Numbered from the stretch's first letter, positions 28,071-41,899 are shown. The stretch: 64,000 bases of DNA from Tubiluchus corallicola (GCA_030141605.1 JAQGDQ010000074.1:1-64000), one strand, 5' to 3'. The notes: generated by a model not told the origin, from the letters alone. Numbers and translations are program-made.

Positions 28071-30210
28071 AACCACTGGACAATCGATACACGCGATGTA
28101 GTACAATAGTCTGTGTTGCTTAGTTAGAAGCTACAGAGGGACAATGCACACAGTGGGCTGCATGTTACACATTATGGCAACCTATTGTTCGAAATAAACT
28201 GGTAAACATGCCTTTTCACAGTTTCGTTGTGTGCATGCACAGTTGCTGTAGGTCTAAGGTTAAGTGCACCACAGTAACACACCTTAACTGCAATCGATTG
28301 TCACAGTGGGTAACGCAAAGCATTAATTCATTAACTTCAGTTGTTTTACCCAAATTTTACTTAATTATGAATAAGTGTGTGTGTAGAATGAGTTACTAGC
28401 AGGAGCTTGGGGACGAGAAAAAATGAAGTATCTAAGCTTCTAGGTAACTGTTAAAACTGTTATTATTACAGGAGCATGGGCAGTGAGGCATTGTATAATG
28501 TATAAGCACAAATCTGTTGTCTGGTATGCTTAATCCTTGACCTTTTAATAATCATTGTCAGTCTCTGGAACAGTGAAAATGCTTATTGCTCGCAGCTGCT
28601 TGAAATTTTACACAATTGTTTATATACATGTAGATTGTTAGCGAATTAGTGCACAGAATTTCGTATTGCACATTTGCATAAATGACGTTATTCTGGTTGG
28701 ATATTTCAATAGCCATTTGAAAATGTTAATGTTAGTTTAAGTATTTGTTTTTGTTTAAGTATTTAGATACATTTTCTCATTTATGGAAGAAAAAACAGTG
28801 AAAAATTGTTCATTTATAGGTGTTTATTCCTGGATGTGTGCACTGAGACAGGGATCACATATTGAAGAGTCTCACCAATTTATATGAATTAAATTGATGA
28901 ATCCTGAATATGTTTGTTTGATAACAAGATTCTACCAGTATTTAAGTATGTTGCCTGTGTAAGTCTAGCTGTACCCGTTTGTCGGAAAATGGATTTTCCA
29001 GTAGCAGTTAATGATAAGATGATTAACTGATAAAGAATTAATTAGTAAGTATGTGCAGTTAATCAGAATGTGATTAACTGTTTTTGTTCAGCAATTCTAT
29101 AAGTGCAGTAGTTATGAAGTCAGTGTCAAAGTCGATCTGACCAGTGGATTTTGGTTGGAAGTGTCATTTTGATAAAGTTGTATTTCTATCAAAATCTGAT
29201 CAATACATACACAACCATCATGCAACCATTTCTCAAATGTCTTCCCTCAGATTTTGACTGCCACTGACACGATTGTAAATTTTTGTCAGAATCTGACCAT
29301 ATGATAAGTGCTCGATTTTGAACAGTTTCAGACCAATACACAACCATAATACAGTATGCGCCACTTAATGAACTCACAGTTATTAGACTCAATCGCTTAA
29401 TTGACACAAAAACGCCTGGCACGGGCTGCTTCTGTTCAAATGTACATCTAAACTGTCAGTAATTGACTAAAATAATTATGCATAATTGACTCAATATTTT
29501 TCCTTCACATACTTAAAAAAAGACATTTGCGTGTGCCCAAAGAGCCTAACCTACTTTTCTGTGATCATTAGTTCGCTTTTGTGCACTAGACTATATAGGT
29601 AGAAACAGTCATGTTATGTACCATTTTGTTTGTAAGCAGGTACCTTTATCATGTGCTAATATGCTAGCCTAGTGGTTTTGCCTCTGTCACCTGCTCCTCA
29701 ACTGCAATTAATCTCATTACCAAAGAATTTCTGGAAGCTAAACACTTAATCGCCTGTCCCGCAGTTTACTTTTGAAGCTTTCATTGCAAATTAACTCATG
29801 CTTAATCAGTTAACAATCAAAGATGGAGGTACAGTAATTAGCCAGTATTCCTTGTGACTTACAATAGTAAACATCATACAGCAAATAAGAGCAGAGAAGA
29901 AGTTTGAAAAACTGCAGCTCAAGCACATTGCTAACTGTTTTATGAGAATAAGTGCAGCACACAGCAACAGATTTTCAACATTTTTATAATTATAAGAACT
30001 GTGTGTGCCAACTCCTTGGCAACAAAATGAAGCAGTCGACTTTGAAGGATTTTTTGTATTTTTTGCAAATAAACAGACTTGCATGATTTAGAAAAGTATA
30101 CTTTTGATTTATTGCTAATTCACTTATATAAATTAATATTTTAAAATGTTTTTTAAATTTCTAGCAGCACAAAGGAATTTAGGCATTACTTCATTTCTAA
30201 AAATTCATTA

Positions 30211-30310
30211 AAAACCTTTGCAGTGCATACTAAGCTGATGACACATACTTGTATACCAGTAAAACCTTTGCAGTGCATACTAAGCTCATGACACATAGTT
30301 GTATACCAGT
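30211..30310. repeat. 50-bp tandem duplication (2 copies, 2 mismatches)
   Basis: AAAACCTTTGCAGTGCATACTAAGCT...GTATACCAGT at 30211-30260 and 30261-30310. Confidence 0.95.
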
Positions 30311-30824
30311 AATGTTAATAAGTTCAGTCAGTTAATTTGGTCAAAACACTTTGGTCCCAAAGTGAGTCTATTAAGTGGCACCTACAGTACATCCATCATG
30401 TGTTCTTGCATAGCAAGATTGTCTATAAGTCGGCAATTAACCTTTTCTAGTGATTCACATATCCTGAATCTCCATTTCAGGATGATCATTTTGATACTAA
30501 GCTCATCACTCTATATTATTTCTAAACCGATATAGTCCAGATTGAAATTGAGGTACACACCATGCATTGAAAAACATAACCTTGAGAAAATCCCTGCTAA
30601 AGTCAGCCATTGTTTTTTGTTGTGTCTCTACAAAACACTTAGCAACTGTATGAAAGTGTGGTTGCTAAGGGATTTACAAGAGCAGATTGAAGTTATGTTT
30701 AAATCCAGTAGATGGCTCTTCCTGACAAAGATATGGACTTGTCAACAGAAAAAACACGAACAAAGTTACTGCTTCTACGAGCCACCATCAGAACTTTTTC
30801 ATGCAAGTTCTTTTACAATTCCAG

Positions 30825-31706
30825 CAGGGGCGTCGTGCAACAAAAAAATTAGGGGGGCCCGACTGTATATTATGGCGGAACTTAACTGTTTAAAAAACGT
30901 ATAACTTTGAATTCCCACACCAGTATTTTGCCCGCAAGAAAAACGATTTATTTATTCCCAACTGGCATTTAACTGAAAGCTATAGCTACAGAAATTTAAT
31001 TAAAATTAAAAATTAATTTAAAATTAAAATTTAATTAAGTATTTATTAGCTGTCAGGAATCCAAAGATTCGATGAAAAGACGACTACCAAAACATATGTA
31101 CCTTTAATTTAATATTTTTAACAATTACTAAACTTTTTATTCCGAGGCAAGATGAAGATGATGAATAAACGACAAACGTCATTTTTAAATGATTCAGCAA
31201 CACAGTCAAAGTCAACAACATAACATGAATGCGTTACAGGATGACTATAGGGGTACAGTAGAAAATCAATGACAGGTATTGCAGTTTACACCAAGATAAA
31301 GCAAAGAGGTTAAAGAGTAAAAAGCGATATACTGCGACACATATGAATTAATGCACTAAAAATTTGTACTAACGACGCAGAACATCATTCCAGAAGAGCT
31401 CAACCACAGACTTCAAGTCCATATTCTTTGTTTTCTCAGCCTCAACTGCAAGGATCTTCAGGTCACTCAGTCGTGACTGACTCATTGTACTGCTGAGAGC
31501 ATTCTTGACAAATTTAAGAGCAGAAAAGGATCTCTCACAAGAGCAAGACGGGCAGAGTCAGAAGCAACTGGTATGCGATGGAGATCATTGGGTAAAGTTT
31601 GTCCAGTTCAGAAAAAATCATATGACAGTATACTGAGTGAATGCAGTTTGGGAAAAAATGGGGGGCAGACCCCCCCCCCCCGGGCCCCTATAGCACGACG
31701 CCACTG
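30825..31706 (-). mobile_element. Non-autonomous hAT DNA transposon (882 bp) retaining a transposase C-terminal dimerisation-domain fragment
   Basis: TIRs CAGGGGCGTCGTGCAA ... TAGCACGACGCCACTG. Perfect 8-bp TSD AATTCCAG (30817-30824 and 31707-31714). The minus strand at about 31375-31615 encodes LYPMISIAYQLLLTLP / SCSCERSFSALKFVKNALSSTMSQSRLSDLKILAVE. Confidence 0.93.
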
Positions 31707-32834
31707 AATTCCAGTACTAGTTTCTAGCCAGAAAAGTGGGCAACGGGTTATAAAATTTGATATTTAGTATTTTTTGACATTTTCCTGATAATTTGTGCTA
31801 GAATATGAAAGTACAATATATATAGCATTTGTTTTTATAAAAATAAAAAATGGACATTTGGCCAAATTTTTTGTGCTTTCTACTTTGAAGCATTATAATG
31901 TAGTTTTAACTATGTCGATTTATGGACGTTTGCTTTGCAAGCACAAATATAACAATCGGATGAAGTCAAAATTCTAGCCATCTGACAACAGTAATAAGTA
32001 AAGCACTTTTATGTGTAATTAAAGTGCCCAGAAATGCTGATTTTTGTTTGTCCTGGAGTTTTTTCTTAATTCTATATATTTATGTCAAGAATTGTCCATC
32101 ATTTTATCAGCAGTTTTAGCAATTTCAATACATATTATTTCACAGAAAATTGACTCAAAAATCGGAGAGAGAGAGAGATTCATTTGTTACAAGAGAAGAA
32201 AAGGGAAAAATATTAGTTCTAATGAATGTAAATGATAATGCTGACATTACTTATTAAATGTAACTTTTTATGTGCCAATTTTTGTGTTGACTAGACATTT
32301 CAGTAACATTATGTTTGATTAGACATTTCAGTAATTGTTTGATAATGTTAAGCCATGTTACAGCAATGTTTGTAGTTGCCTTTTTTGTGTTGGATTTTGA
32401 TACGTCTGTTCAAGTTAATATAATGAACTTAGCTATAATAATGACATTAGAATTTGAGATATGACTGCTTTGATACCCAGATTTGCCATTACTACGCTTT
32501 TCTCAAATTCGCAGAAAATCTTGTTATAGTTCTTGCTCTAGAATCGTAAGCTGAATAATTCTTAAGTGGTAAATTTAATTGACAGACTAAAATTAATTTT
32601 TTTTGGGATAGGCATTTTCAGGGTATGATACATAGCTTAAATGTGTGTCAGTTATTTATATTTTCTTACACCACATATCATTGATGACTAGCTTTTGCAT
32701 TTAATTCATATTCTTATATGGGACACCTGTTCTCAGGTCAGGCATAAGTTGCTCTGCATGCTTTGCTGCGAGGTTCGCAATGACTCAACACTCAAAAGTG
32801 GTGTGCAGTGGGTCATGGAACAATGCATGCAGCC

Positions 32835-32905
32835 AGCTAGAGGTCTGGGGGAGCGCTACAACTGGGTCTGGGGTGGAGCCTCGGCCACCAATGCATTTTC
32901 TTGTA
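32835..32905 (+). repeat. GC-rich subterminal-type remnant of a non-autonomous DNA transposon
   Basis: GGTCTGGGGGAGCGCT...GGGTCTGGGGTGGAGCCTCGGCCACCAATGCATTTTC, a pattern common in hAT MITEs. Termini were not found. Confidence 0.35.
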
Positions 32906-34334
32906 TTAACAGATATTTTAGATGCCTCAAATGAGATCTAAGTTCTGGTACACAGAATGTACGTATGTGAAAAATGTACGTACAATAAGTGGCTACTGAC
33001 CAATCAACTTTTGTAGCTATTGACTAATTGGTAATGTCGAAATGCAAAGTAATACAACTAAACTGTAAGCTCTATGGCTTTTCGTTCTAATGTGCAAATA
33101 AGTTAGCTGAGAAAAAACACTGCTGTGAACCTTTCAATCAAAATTTTACTTATGATTCACAACGTATCTAAAATTTGGTTGGGTGTAAATGTATTAAAAC
33201 TCAATTGTGTTTTGTCAAATTGTCAGTGAAATTCAAAACAGAAAATGGTTGATGTATTGTTATATATATTGCTGACATAGTCACTTGACCTAAATTTGCA
33301 GCTATTAAATATTTCATTTCAGCTAACAGCTATCTCTGCAAAGCCAATCTTGCTTCAGGCAGTTATTATTATAACTCATAAAAGCAGTCAGTCAGAGTGT
33401 GATGATCTGTTATTGCTTCTCAACTCCGGAAACTCTATAGATAAAAATTTTACTTGTATCAGTTCATCATAAAATGATTAACTGTTAGAGATATGGTGAA
33501 CACCTAATTACCTATAATTAGGCAATAATTAGTATTACCTGTTGTTATCTCACTTTTTTATTTACATTAACCATTTTTGTAGCAAATTGTAGAAACAACA
33601 ATTGAAAGGTTATGCTGAATCTATATGTAATAAATTTGTCTTTTCATATAATAGGCTCTACTTTGGAAAAAGGTTGACAATCATAGTACGTAAGTCACAA
33701 AATAATACAGCGTTGCTTCAGCTTAGCGTTTTTGTGCATGCTACACAGTAGAAATATTCTATTGATAAGAAAAATTAAGTTTTTATGATATATAAGTTGA
33801 GACAATTATATCTCTTTGATAAATATTTCTTCAGTATCAAGTAATAAGGCAACACGAAAAATTGTATTTGTTAATAATTACAAAAATTAGCTTTATAGAA
33901 ATTTGTTGTTTTTTGCAAAAATGTTAAATAAGAAAGAAAAGATATCAGTCTCGTTTCTGATATTTAAAACGAATTCATGACTTTTTGTATAAATAGCCTA
34001 GTAGTTAGTTGAGGGCTACAGAAAAATGCTACACCTAAGTACAGGTATACTATGGAATAGGTATACAAGTATTGCAGTGTCTTGTTAGTTTTACCTGGTG
34101 TTTGCCAACAGTTATTGTAACTGAAGCCTCACCACTTACAACCAAATAGCGTAAACTGATAATTCTACACTAAAAATTTTAATGGTGTCTTAAGAATAAT
34201 AAGTTAAGTGAATACACATTAAGCCAAGCTAAACCTGACCTTGTTAATGAATTTTGTACTCACTAAAAATGGAGTATTCAGAAAAACCAATGTACAGTTA
34301 ATCACGTTGTTGAAATTTTCGAAAAATTCTAATC

Positions 34335-36268
34335 AATGAAAAACTATTCGCTGAGAAGACCGGTCGGTTAAAAATGTGGCTAGCTGTGTGATTGCACACT
34401 ATGTTTGCTTAGTTGTGAGCATCATCATAAATAAGTTGATCTCATCAGAACAAATTTTTGTTGAGGTTCGATAGGCTATAAAATGGAAGCAGAATCCTTT
34501 GACTTGGCCAGATTCAACGTAGATCCCCCTAATATATTATGTATATTATGTAATACCATGAAATATAACATCTAATTCAGAAAAGATGCTTAACGCACTT
34601 TCTTTTTTATTGTGATGCACCCACACAATTAACCAAACAAAGCCATTCCACTTCAGATTCATTTTACTAGTGTTACTGCATGAGCAATGACAGTTATTCA
34701 CATTCTGATTAACAGCATGTGATGACTACAGTATAATTCTCAGAATGAGTTTGGGGTTTCGTTTAACTGATAGTGTTTAACGTTTTCGTTTAATTGCTAA
34801 TGTTTAATGTAGAATTAGCATTATGTGTTACAAACATTTAAAAAGTGGTCATTTTTACATATTAGCAAAGGAAATCTATATTTTAATGTAGTTTCTAAAT
34901 GCTTTAAATTATTATTCAGTAAACTAAAAAAATGGTGTTTAAAGTAGTTTTTAAATTAATGGGCTTAAACTATAGATGATAGCTGAAGTGCACCTCCAGA
35001 ATATGTTTCTTGTTTGCAAAAAGCAGGATTTACTAAAATCTTGCATGCATACGCATAAGCAATACAGAGTTCACAAGGGTTTGTTTAAGTGCTAGTGTTT
35101 TACGTTTTCGTTTAACTGCTAATGTATTAATGAAAAATCAATTTGTTTAGAAAACCATTCAGTTCAAAATGTAACTAACTACGAGTAGTACGCACCATGT
35201 TTGCTTACTTGTGGGAATCGTCATGATTAAATGATGTCATTAAAACAAATTTTCGGTGAAGATCGATAGGCTGTAAAATGGAAGCAGAATTCTTCGACTT
35301 GGCTAGATTCAATGTAGAACAGCATGAAATATAATGCTTAACTCAGAAAAGTTGCTTAACATACTTTCTTTTATATTGTGATGCGCCCACACAAAATTAA
35401 CCAAACAAAGCCACCGACTACAACAGATTCATATTATTAGAGAGTTGCTGCATGAAACAGTTAATCGAATTCTGATTAACTGCATGTGATCATTAATTTT
35501 CAGAATGAGTTTGGGGTTTCCTTTAACTGCTAGTGTTTTACGTTTTCGTTTAATTGATAATGTATTAATGAAAAATCAATTTGCTTAGAAGACCTTTCGG
35601 TTCAAAATGTAGCTAGCAACAATTGTGCACTACATTTGCTTACTTGTAGGCACCATCATAATTAAAAGATGTCATCAAAACAAATTTTCAGTGAGGTTTG
35701 ATAGGCAATAAAATGGGAACAGAATCGTTCGACTTGGCTAGGTTCAACGTAGATCCCCATGTAATACCACGAAATATAATATCTAACTCAGAAGATTCTT
35801 AACAAGCTTTGTTTTTTATTGTGATGTGCCCACACAATTAACCAAACCAAGTCATCCTATTTCAGATTAGTGTTATTAGAGTGGTACTGCATGAGCAATG
35901 ACAGTTAATCACATTCTGATTAACAGCATGTGATGACTATAGTATAATTTTCAGAATGAGTTTGGGATTTACTGCTAGTGTTTGATGTTTTTGTTTAATT
36001 GCCAATATTTAATCTAGTATTAGCACTATGTGTTACAAACATTTAAAAGGTGATCATTTTTACATAATAGCAAGAGAAATCTATATTTTTAATGTAGTTT
36101 CTAAGTGATTTAAATTATTATTCTGTAAAATAAAAAATAATATTTAAAGTAGTTTTTAAATTAATGGGTTTAAACTATAGACGATAACTGAAATGTGCCT
36201 CCTGTTTTCAAAAAGCAGGACTTACTAAAATATTGCATGCATACACAAAAGCAATACAGAGTTCTCAA
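34335..36268. repeat. Degenerate compound tandem array X-Y-X-X-Y (X about 440-470 bp, Y about 260-270 bp)
   Basis: Shared blocks such as GATAGGC..AAAATGG..CAGAAT..GACTTGGC and CAGAATGAGTTTGGG appear three times. TATGTGTTACAAACATTTAAAA...GCAATACAGAGTTC appears twice. Confidence 0.9.
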
Positions 36269-36434
36269 TCATTCTTTTGTATGCTTAACCCCTGAAACCC
36301 TGCATGCAGTATCAGAGCAATTTAAAGTGCTGTGATTATAAAGTCAAAAAATATTAATGTTATTACTGTGCCTGTAAATGCTCAGATAGCAAACTATAGG
36401 AATGGCTGGAAAATATTCATCTATGTTTATGTGA

Positions 36435-36600
36435 AGGGCACATTTTATAACACAGCACAGGCAGCTACTAAGCGCAGCTTCTATATAAGTGCTACATAAC
36501 GAACAGGTGCAACGTATTACACTACAAGCAATTGCGCAGCCTACCTGAATATAGGCACTGTGCAAATACATGTAATTAAAGATGACCGTGTAGAAACTAG
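36435..36600 (+). repeat. Dispersed repeat (about 165 bp); second copy at about 45277-45443
   Basis: GGCACATTTTATAACACAG...AAATACATGTAATTAA...TGTAGAAACTAGG is shared by both copies. Confidence 0.85.
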
Positions 36601-37959
36601 GTTAATAGCATTTCTAATACACCTATTTCTCGTAAATTTGTTTTAAATTTCAAAAGTAAAATATTTGTTATTTAACATTTTTGCAAATAACAACAAATTT
36701 CTAAAAAGTTAATTCTATATTACTATAGAGTTACAAAGTCTGCTGTTTGTAACATTTATAACAGACAATTTTTTGCATTATTAATTGACACTGAAGAAAC
36801 GTAATAAGGAGACATATAATTAATTTATAATTATTATGATATTGTCAACTTAATTTTTCATTTTTCTTATCAATTGAATATCATGTTCTGCACGTTATGC
36901 TATTATTGCCTTTGCTGCCTATTACTGATATTAAATTTGTTTTTGAACTAACTGGAGCTAGAGTCTGGAATTTGCATACTAAAAATGCTTTTGCACTAAT
37001 GCATAGCTTGTTTTTGCATACCCTATGCACTTAAGCATAAAAAAATCATTGTCGCCCAGCACTTTGTGTGTCAGGTCTTATGATCAGAAGACTGCACTGC
37101 AATTGAGCACTATCGACATGGGGTCTTCTGTCAAAAAATCTCTGTGACCCAGCACTTTGTGTGTTTGACTGAATATCCACGAAAGCCTGTGCAAGAGACA
37201 GATGAGATCATTCTATCATATTCTGACGTTTCGTATGTCGCAAAAATAACATAATTTACAGTATCTATTCCGAGAATTTGGATTTTTTCAGAATGTATTA
37301 ATGGTAAATAAGTACTAAATGAGCTTCATTTTAATTTACATGCCTAAAACTAACATTTCAGAAAATATGTTTGTATAGCTGCAGCTCATCTAAAATTGCG
37401 TTTGTTTATGTTACAGGTGTGAAAAATCTTACGTTACTCGTCACCACTTTATATTGGGTTGCATTTATGTTAACTTTTAGTCCAGTCCAATGAATAAGTT
37501 AAGTAATTTCATTACATACACTGTATATTATATAACTTTTGTTTTGAATTAACATTTGCAGTTTTACCAGTATCCGATTTTCAGTGTCTGTGTGCCATGG
37601 AAATTTAATTTTTTTATTTTTGCATGCTACACTTTTGTCGTCAAACATAAAAGAAATTCTACAATTTTGCATTGCAGCAACAGCACTTGGCGTTTTGGAC
37701 GAATGCCAAATCTTTACACGTCTTAAGCTGGAGTGCAGTATTGTGATAATACGACAGCATGAACTTACCGCAGCAATTCATAAAGCATTTCAGTACTGTT
37801 ATAGAATTTGACAGTAAGTTTCTTTGCATTAAACATCGTGAATAATTGCTTAAATGAAATCCGCCAACTTATTAATGCAATATCATGCTCAATACGATAA
37901 AATTTTCCAATCTACTTCTACTTCTTGTAGCTGATCCTAAAAACATTCAACAACATGTA

Positions 37960-39915
37960 TGGCCCATGTGTGAGGAATACTCAATTCAAACACTTTGCTT
38001 GTGCAGTGCTTCATCAGACATTCAATCACCAGCCAAGCCTTTAGTAGCTGTGAGCTTCACATCTTTTTAGATGCCTCGCAAGTTGCCTATGGAGCAGTGG
38101 CCTACTATTGTTTTTTCTGGATAGAAGTGACAACTAAAGTAAATTGTAGTTTGTCCCTGCAAGATTCCATCTAACACCCAGTAAAATCTTTGAAAATTCC
38201 AAGGCTTGAGTTCTGTGCCACTACACATGAAGTTAATTAAATTAGATTATAATGACTGAGCATTCGATGGACATTGAAGTAACAACTTATTGGACTGATA
38301 GCATGATAGTGCTGAGATACATACAGAGTATGGTCAAAGCCTTCGACTCCTTTGTTGCCAATTGTTTGAGTTTTATTCTTGAAGAATCAAGTCCGTCACA
38401 GTGCTTCTATGTCAGCTGAGAAAAACATTTGATGGATTTTTCTTTTAGAGGAAATGAGGGATGACTGTTGAGCAGTATGTCGCCTGTCAAAATTGGCTGC
38501 TGAGGTCAAAAGTTCTATGCCGAAGTCAAGTCCAATAGTAACGTCATATGTAGCATCCGCCGCTGATGATTTGAGTCTAGTGAACAAATTGTTTAAAACG
38601 CATTTTTCTTGGTACAAACCTCAAGAAGAATGTGGCCTGGATTTTATGGTTGAAAATACTGCTGCTAGTTATGGGAGAGAATCAAAGGGGTTTCTCAGGG
38701 CGACTTTCTATTTTGCAGCAGCAGCAGCAAGAGCAGTAGCAGCAGGCAGAGCTGTATATTGTGAGGTTATTACAATAGAAGTATTTTAAACAGATTCTTT
38801 TGACACTTGAAGGAAACAGGGATCAAGGAAGTTGTGTGTGGCTTGCCTGGTAGTAATGATCTGAAGAAACTTGATCCAGTACTCTCTTCTGGTGGTCTGT
38901 TGTGTGTGGGTGGACGTTTGAGGAATTTCGCATTGCCTGAGAATGGCAAGCACCAGGTAATTCTGTATAAGGATGAGCATGTTGTTACACTCTTTATCCA
39001 CTACTGCAATAAAAAATCCGGTCATTGGGGAAGAGAGCACGTTTTAACCTCGGTTCGCGAGAGATATTGGGTAGTTATTAGCTAGGTCAGCAGTTAGAAA
39101 GTCTACAAGCAACTGTTTTTCTTGCAGCCATCTTTGTGCTTCACCTGATGGCAGATTTGCCTTACAAAAGAACTATATTGGAGCTGCCGGGTTTCACAAT
39201 GTAGGATATTGGACTGCTTTGGCACTTTCAGGGTAAAGCTGACAGACTGTGTGAATTTGTGACACAAATTGGAGAAAAATAAAATGTCTATGTCTATGAC
39301 TGGAAGCAAAAAGATGTGACGGCATCTTTATGTGCAATGTCATGCATGCTAGTTACATCGAGGTTCTGCATTCGCTTGAAATTAACGGTTTTATCAGGCG
39401 TTAGGCAGATTTACGAGCATGCAGCGGATTTATGAGAGCACTCTCGTTAAGTTTAACTTTAAGTTTAATCAGGTCGGTAATGGCAAAAGAATGGGTTCGC
39501 ACAATTAAAAAATAATTGCATCGGTAGCTGGTGAGTAAGTTTTTAATAATGAGTCTCTGTAATAATAATACACTAATTTATGACGTCGAATCTATAATAA
39601 ATACTGTCGAATACTGTAGTACCTAACGATCCTAAGGACCCAGGGCTTCTTACTCCCATTTGTTGCTTCTTAGAGCAAGCACGTCACTTCCTCTAGGACA
39701 TTAGTGGAAACTGGTATAATTCTTATTGGAAGCATTGGAGGCAAGTGCAATATCTCGCTGACGTCAGTCAATTGGAGAAGATTTTTGCTGGAATATTTGC
39801 CTCAGCTGGAGCACCGGCAAAAATGGAATAAGGCATCTGTCAATCTCAAGTCTGGAGATGTGTTAGTGGAGGACTCCAGCATGCCAAGCAACCAATGGTG
39901 CTTGAGGCATGTTGT
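37960..39915 (+). mobile_element. Decayed BEL/Pao pol fragment (RNase H - integrase)
   Basis: LHIFLDASQVAYGAVAY, KIPRLEF, YWTDSMIVLRYI, LKKLDPVLSSGGLLCVGGRLRN...GHWGREHVLTSVRERYWV and WRRFLLEYLPQLEHRQKWNKASVNLKSGDV are collinear with the pol at 54211-57015. Confidence 0.92.
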
Positions 39916-40945
39916 TATGTATTACATGTATAAAAATATATTGTAAAAATAATGGCTACAATTTCGATAAAGAAGTTAAAAAACTATACCGGAATCTTTT
40001 GCAAATTACAGCAGTTCACAGACAAAACGTCATTTTTTACCTTTATGAACCAATTCGCTCCCTAGGCAGACATATTTTTATATCAAGACTTACTAAACAA
40101 GATTAGTTAGTGATACATGTATGGTAATTTGAGGTGTTAGCAAGTATGAAGTCATGGACATGACAACCATTTAAATAAAACTGCGGCAGGTTACCGCACA
40201 TTGGATTTCATGCAAGCCAATATAAAATTACCATTACTTACAGCTAAGCTTTCTGCATGGCCATACTGAATTCATTTTAGTTTGATGTGATGATAGCTAT
40301 TCAAAATAATTATATTTTTGAAAAATTAATACAATTCATACACACGACAAGAATCAAGCATTACTATAAGATACCACGACTAAATTTAAAGAGATGTATC
40401 CGAAACTATTTAACTGGTAAATTAATGTTTAACAACAAAAATAAATATAGTCAACTTGCGTGCCAGTCCTACTGCTCGTAAAAATAACTGTAATATGCCT
40501 ACGCCAAAACATTTTGTTGATTTTGCTTGTTACAATTTACATATTTTGATATTTTCGGTTGCATGAATGCCATGCTTATGATTTAAATATTTCCTATAAT
40601 GTTTTTCGCATGCTAAATTCTGTTAGGTTTCCGTATTTTAATTTTGTTTCACTGCTAATTTTTATTATAATATTCCTTGATGATATTACAACTTCGTGTA
40701 TAAAATTTGCTTAGGCTATTGCTCGTACTAACTTCGCCAATCATGCCAATTTAATTTGCATAGTTTTCTTTGGTTTGTGTAGTATAACTGGTTTGACTTA
40801 TGCTGCATGAAGGTTGTATTTATGACTGGTTTAATTTATCCTACATGAAGTTTGTATTATGATCTATATTTATGACCTAAATATGTTGCTCTTACTCTCA
40901 GTGCAGACCGTTAACTCTGTCAGCTTTGAATTTAACTTTGTATAG

Positions 40946-41180
40946 ATGTGTGTGTGCACGCATGTGTGTGTGTGTGTGTGTATATGCATATATATATATG
41001 AGAGGTGTGCATGTATATGAATGTATGTGAACGTATGTATATTGGTGTATATGAGTTATGATAGTTAATTTATATATATGTGTGTGTGTGTGTGTCTGTG
41101 TGTGTGTGCGTGCTTGTGTATGTATATGTATGTGGGTATGCATGTATGTATATAGATATACATGTATCATATATACATGA
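40946..41180. repeat. Compound (TG)n/(TA)n microsatellite
   Basis: Read directly from the sequence. Confidence 0.95.
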
Positions 41181-41899
41181 ATAAACGTATAATACTTATA
41201 TGCTGTATAACAATGTATAATGCTGTATATATAGTTACTTCAGTCAGCAGTTATGAATGCTGACTGAAGTAACTCGTTATAATTATTCTCCTGAGTTGTT
41301 ATGTATTGATATTGTTGTTATCGTTGACAGCTTATCAGAATTGCAATTAAAAAAATAAATTACTTTAATACTAACGCCACTAACTTACATTTTTATCACA
41401 TAGTTTTATGAGTGAGGGTGGATGCTTGGTGACTGTAGTGTCTTCCTCCACCATTTGTTAAACAAATAATGCTGTTAACTATAGTCAAATACAGTCAAAC
41501 CTCTTTATACAATTTCTTTATGTAAAAATGTCTATACATCTACTTTGGGACTGCAAAAAAGTTTGTTTTCGTTCAGTGAGTTTGACAATATAACAAGCTG
41601 AGCTAATGCATACATGTTTATGCAAACACAGATATTCTGTTTTGCCATAAATGCTATAGTTAAGAAAGATTGGCATTGTAATGAGGTTTGCCTGTATGTC
41701 ATAGGATACAAAATGTTTCCATTTTGACGCTCTCAGTAGGATAGTATGAACGTTTACTAGTTGGTAAGAAACGCTTCACCTACATTTCTAACAAATCAAG
41801 CCAAATTCACAGTAGCTCAAGCCATACAGAGTACATAACATTTTTTAAATTTATGACAATGAGATACAACAATACAACAATAACTAGGGAAACTTCTAG

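Noticed and set aside
34335-36268. CRISPR-like array of palindromic repeats
   Set aside because: Eukaryotic context; the spacers are long and homologous to each other, and there are no cas genes.
40898-41170. His/Thr-rich 90-aa ORF
   Set aside because: It is a translation of a microsatellite.
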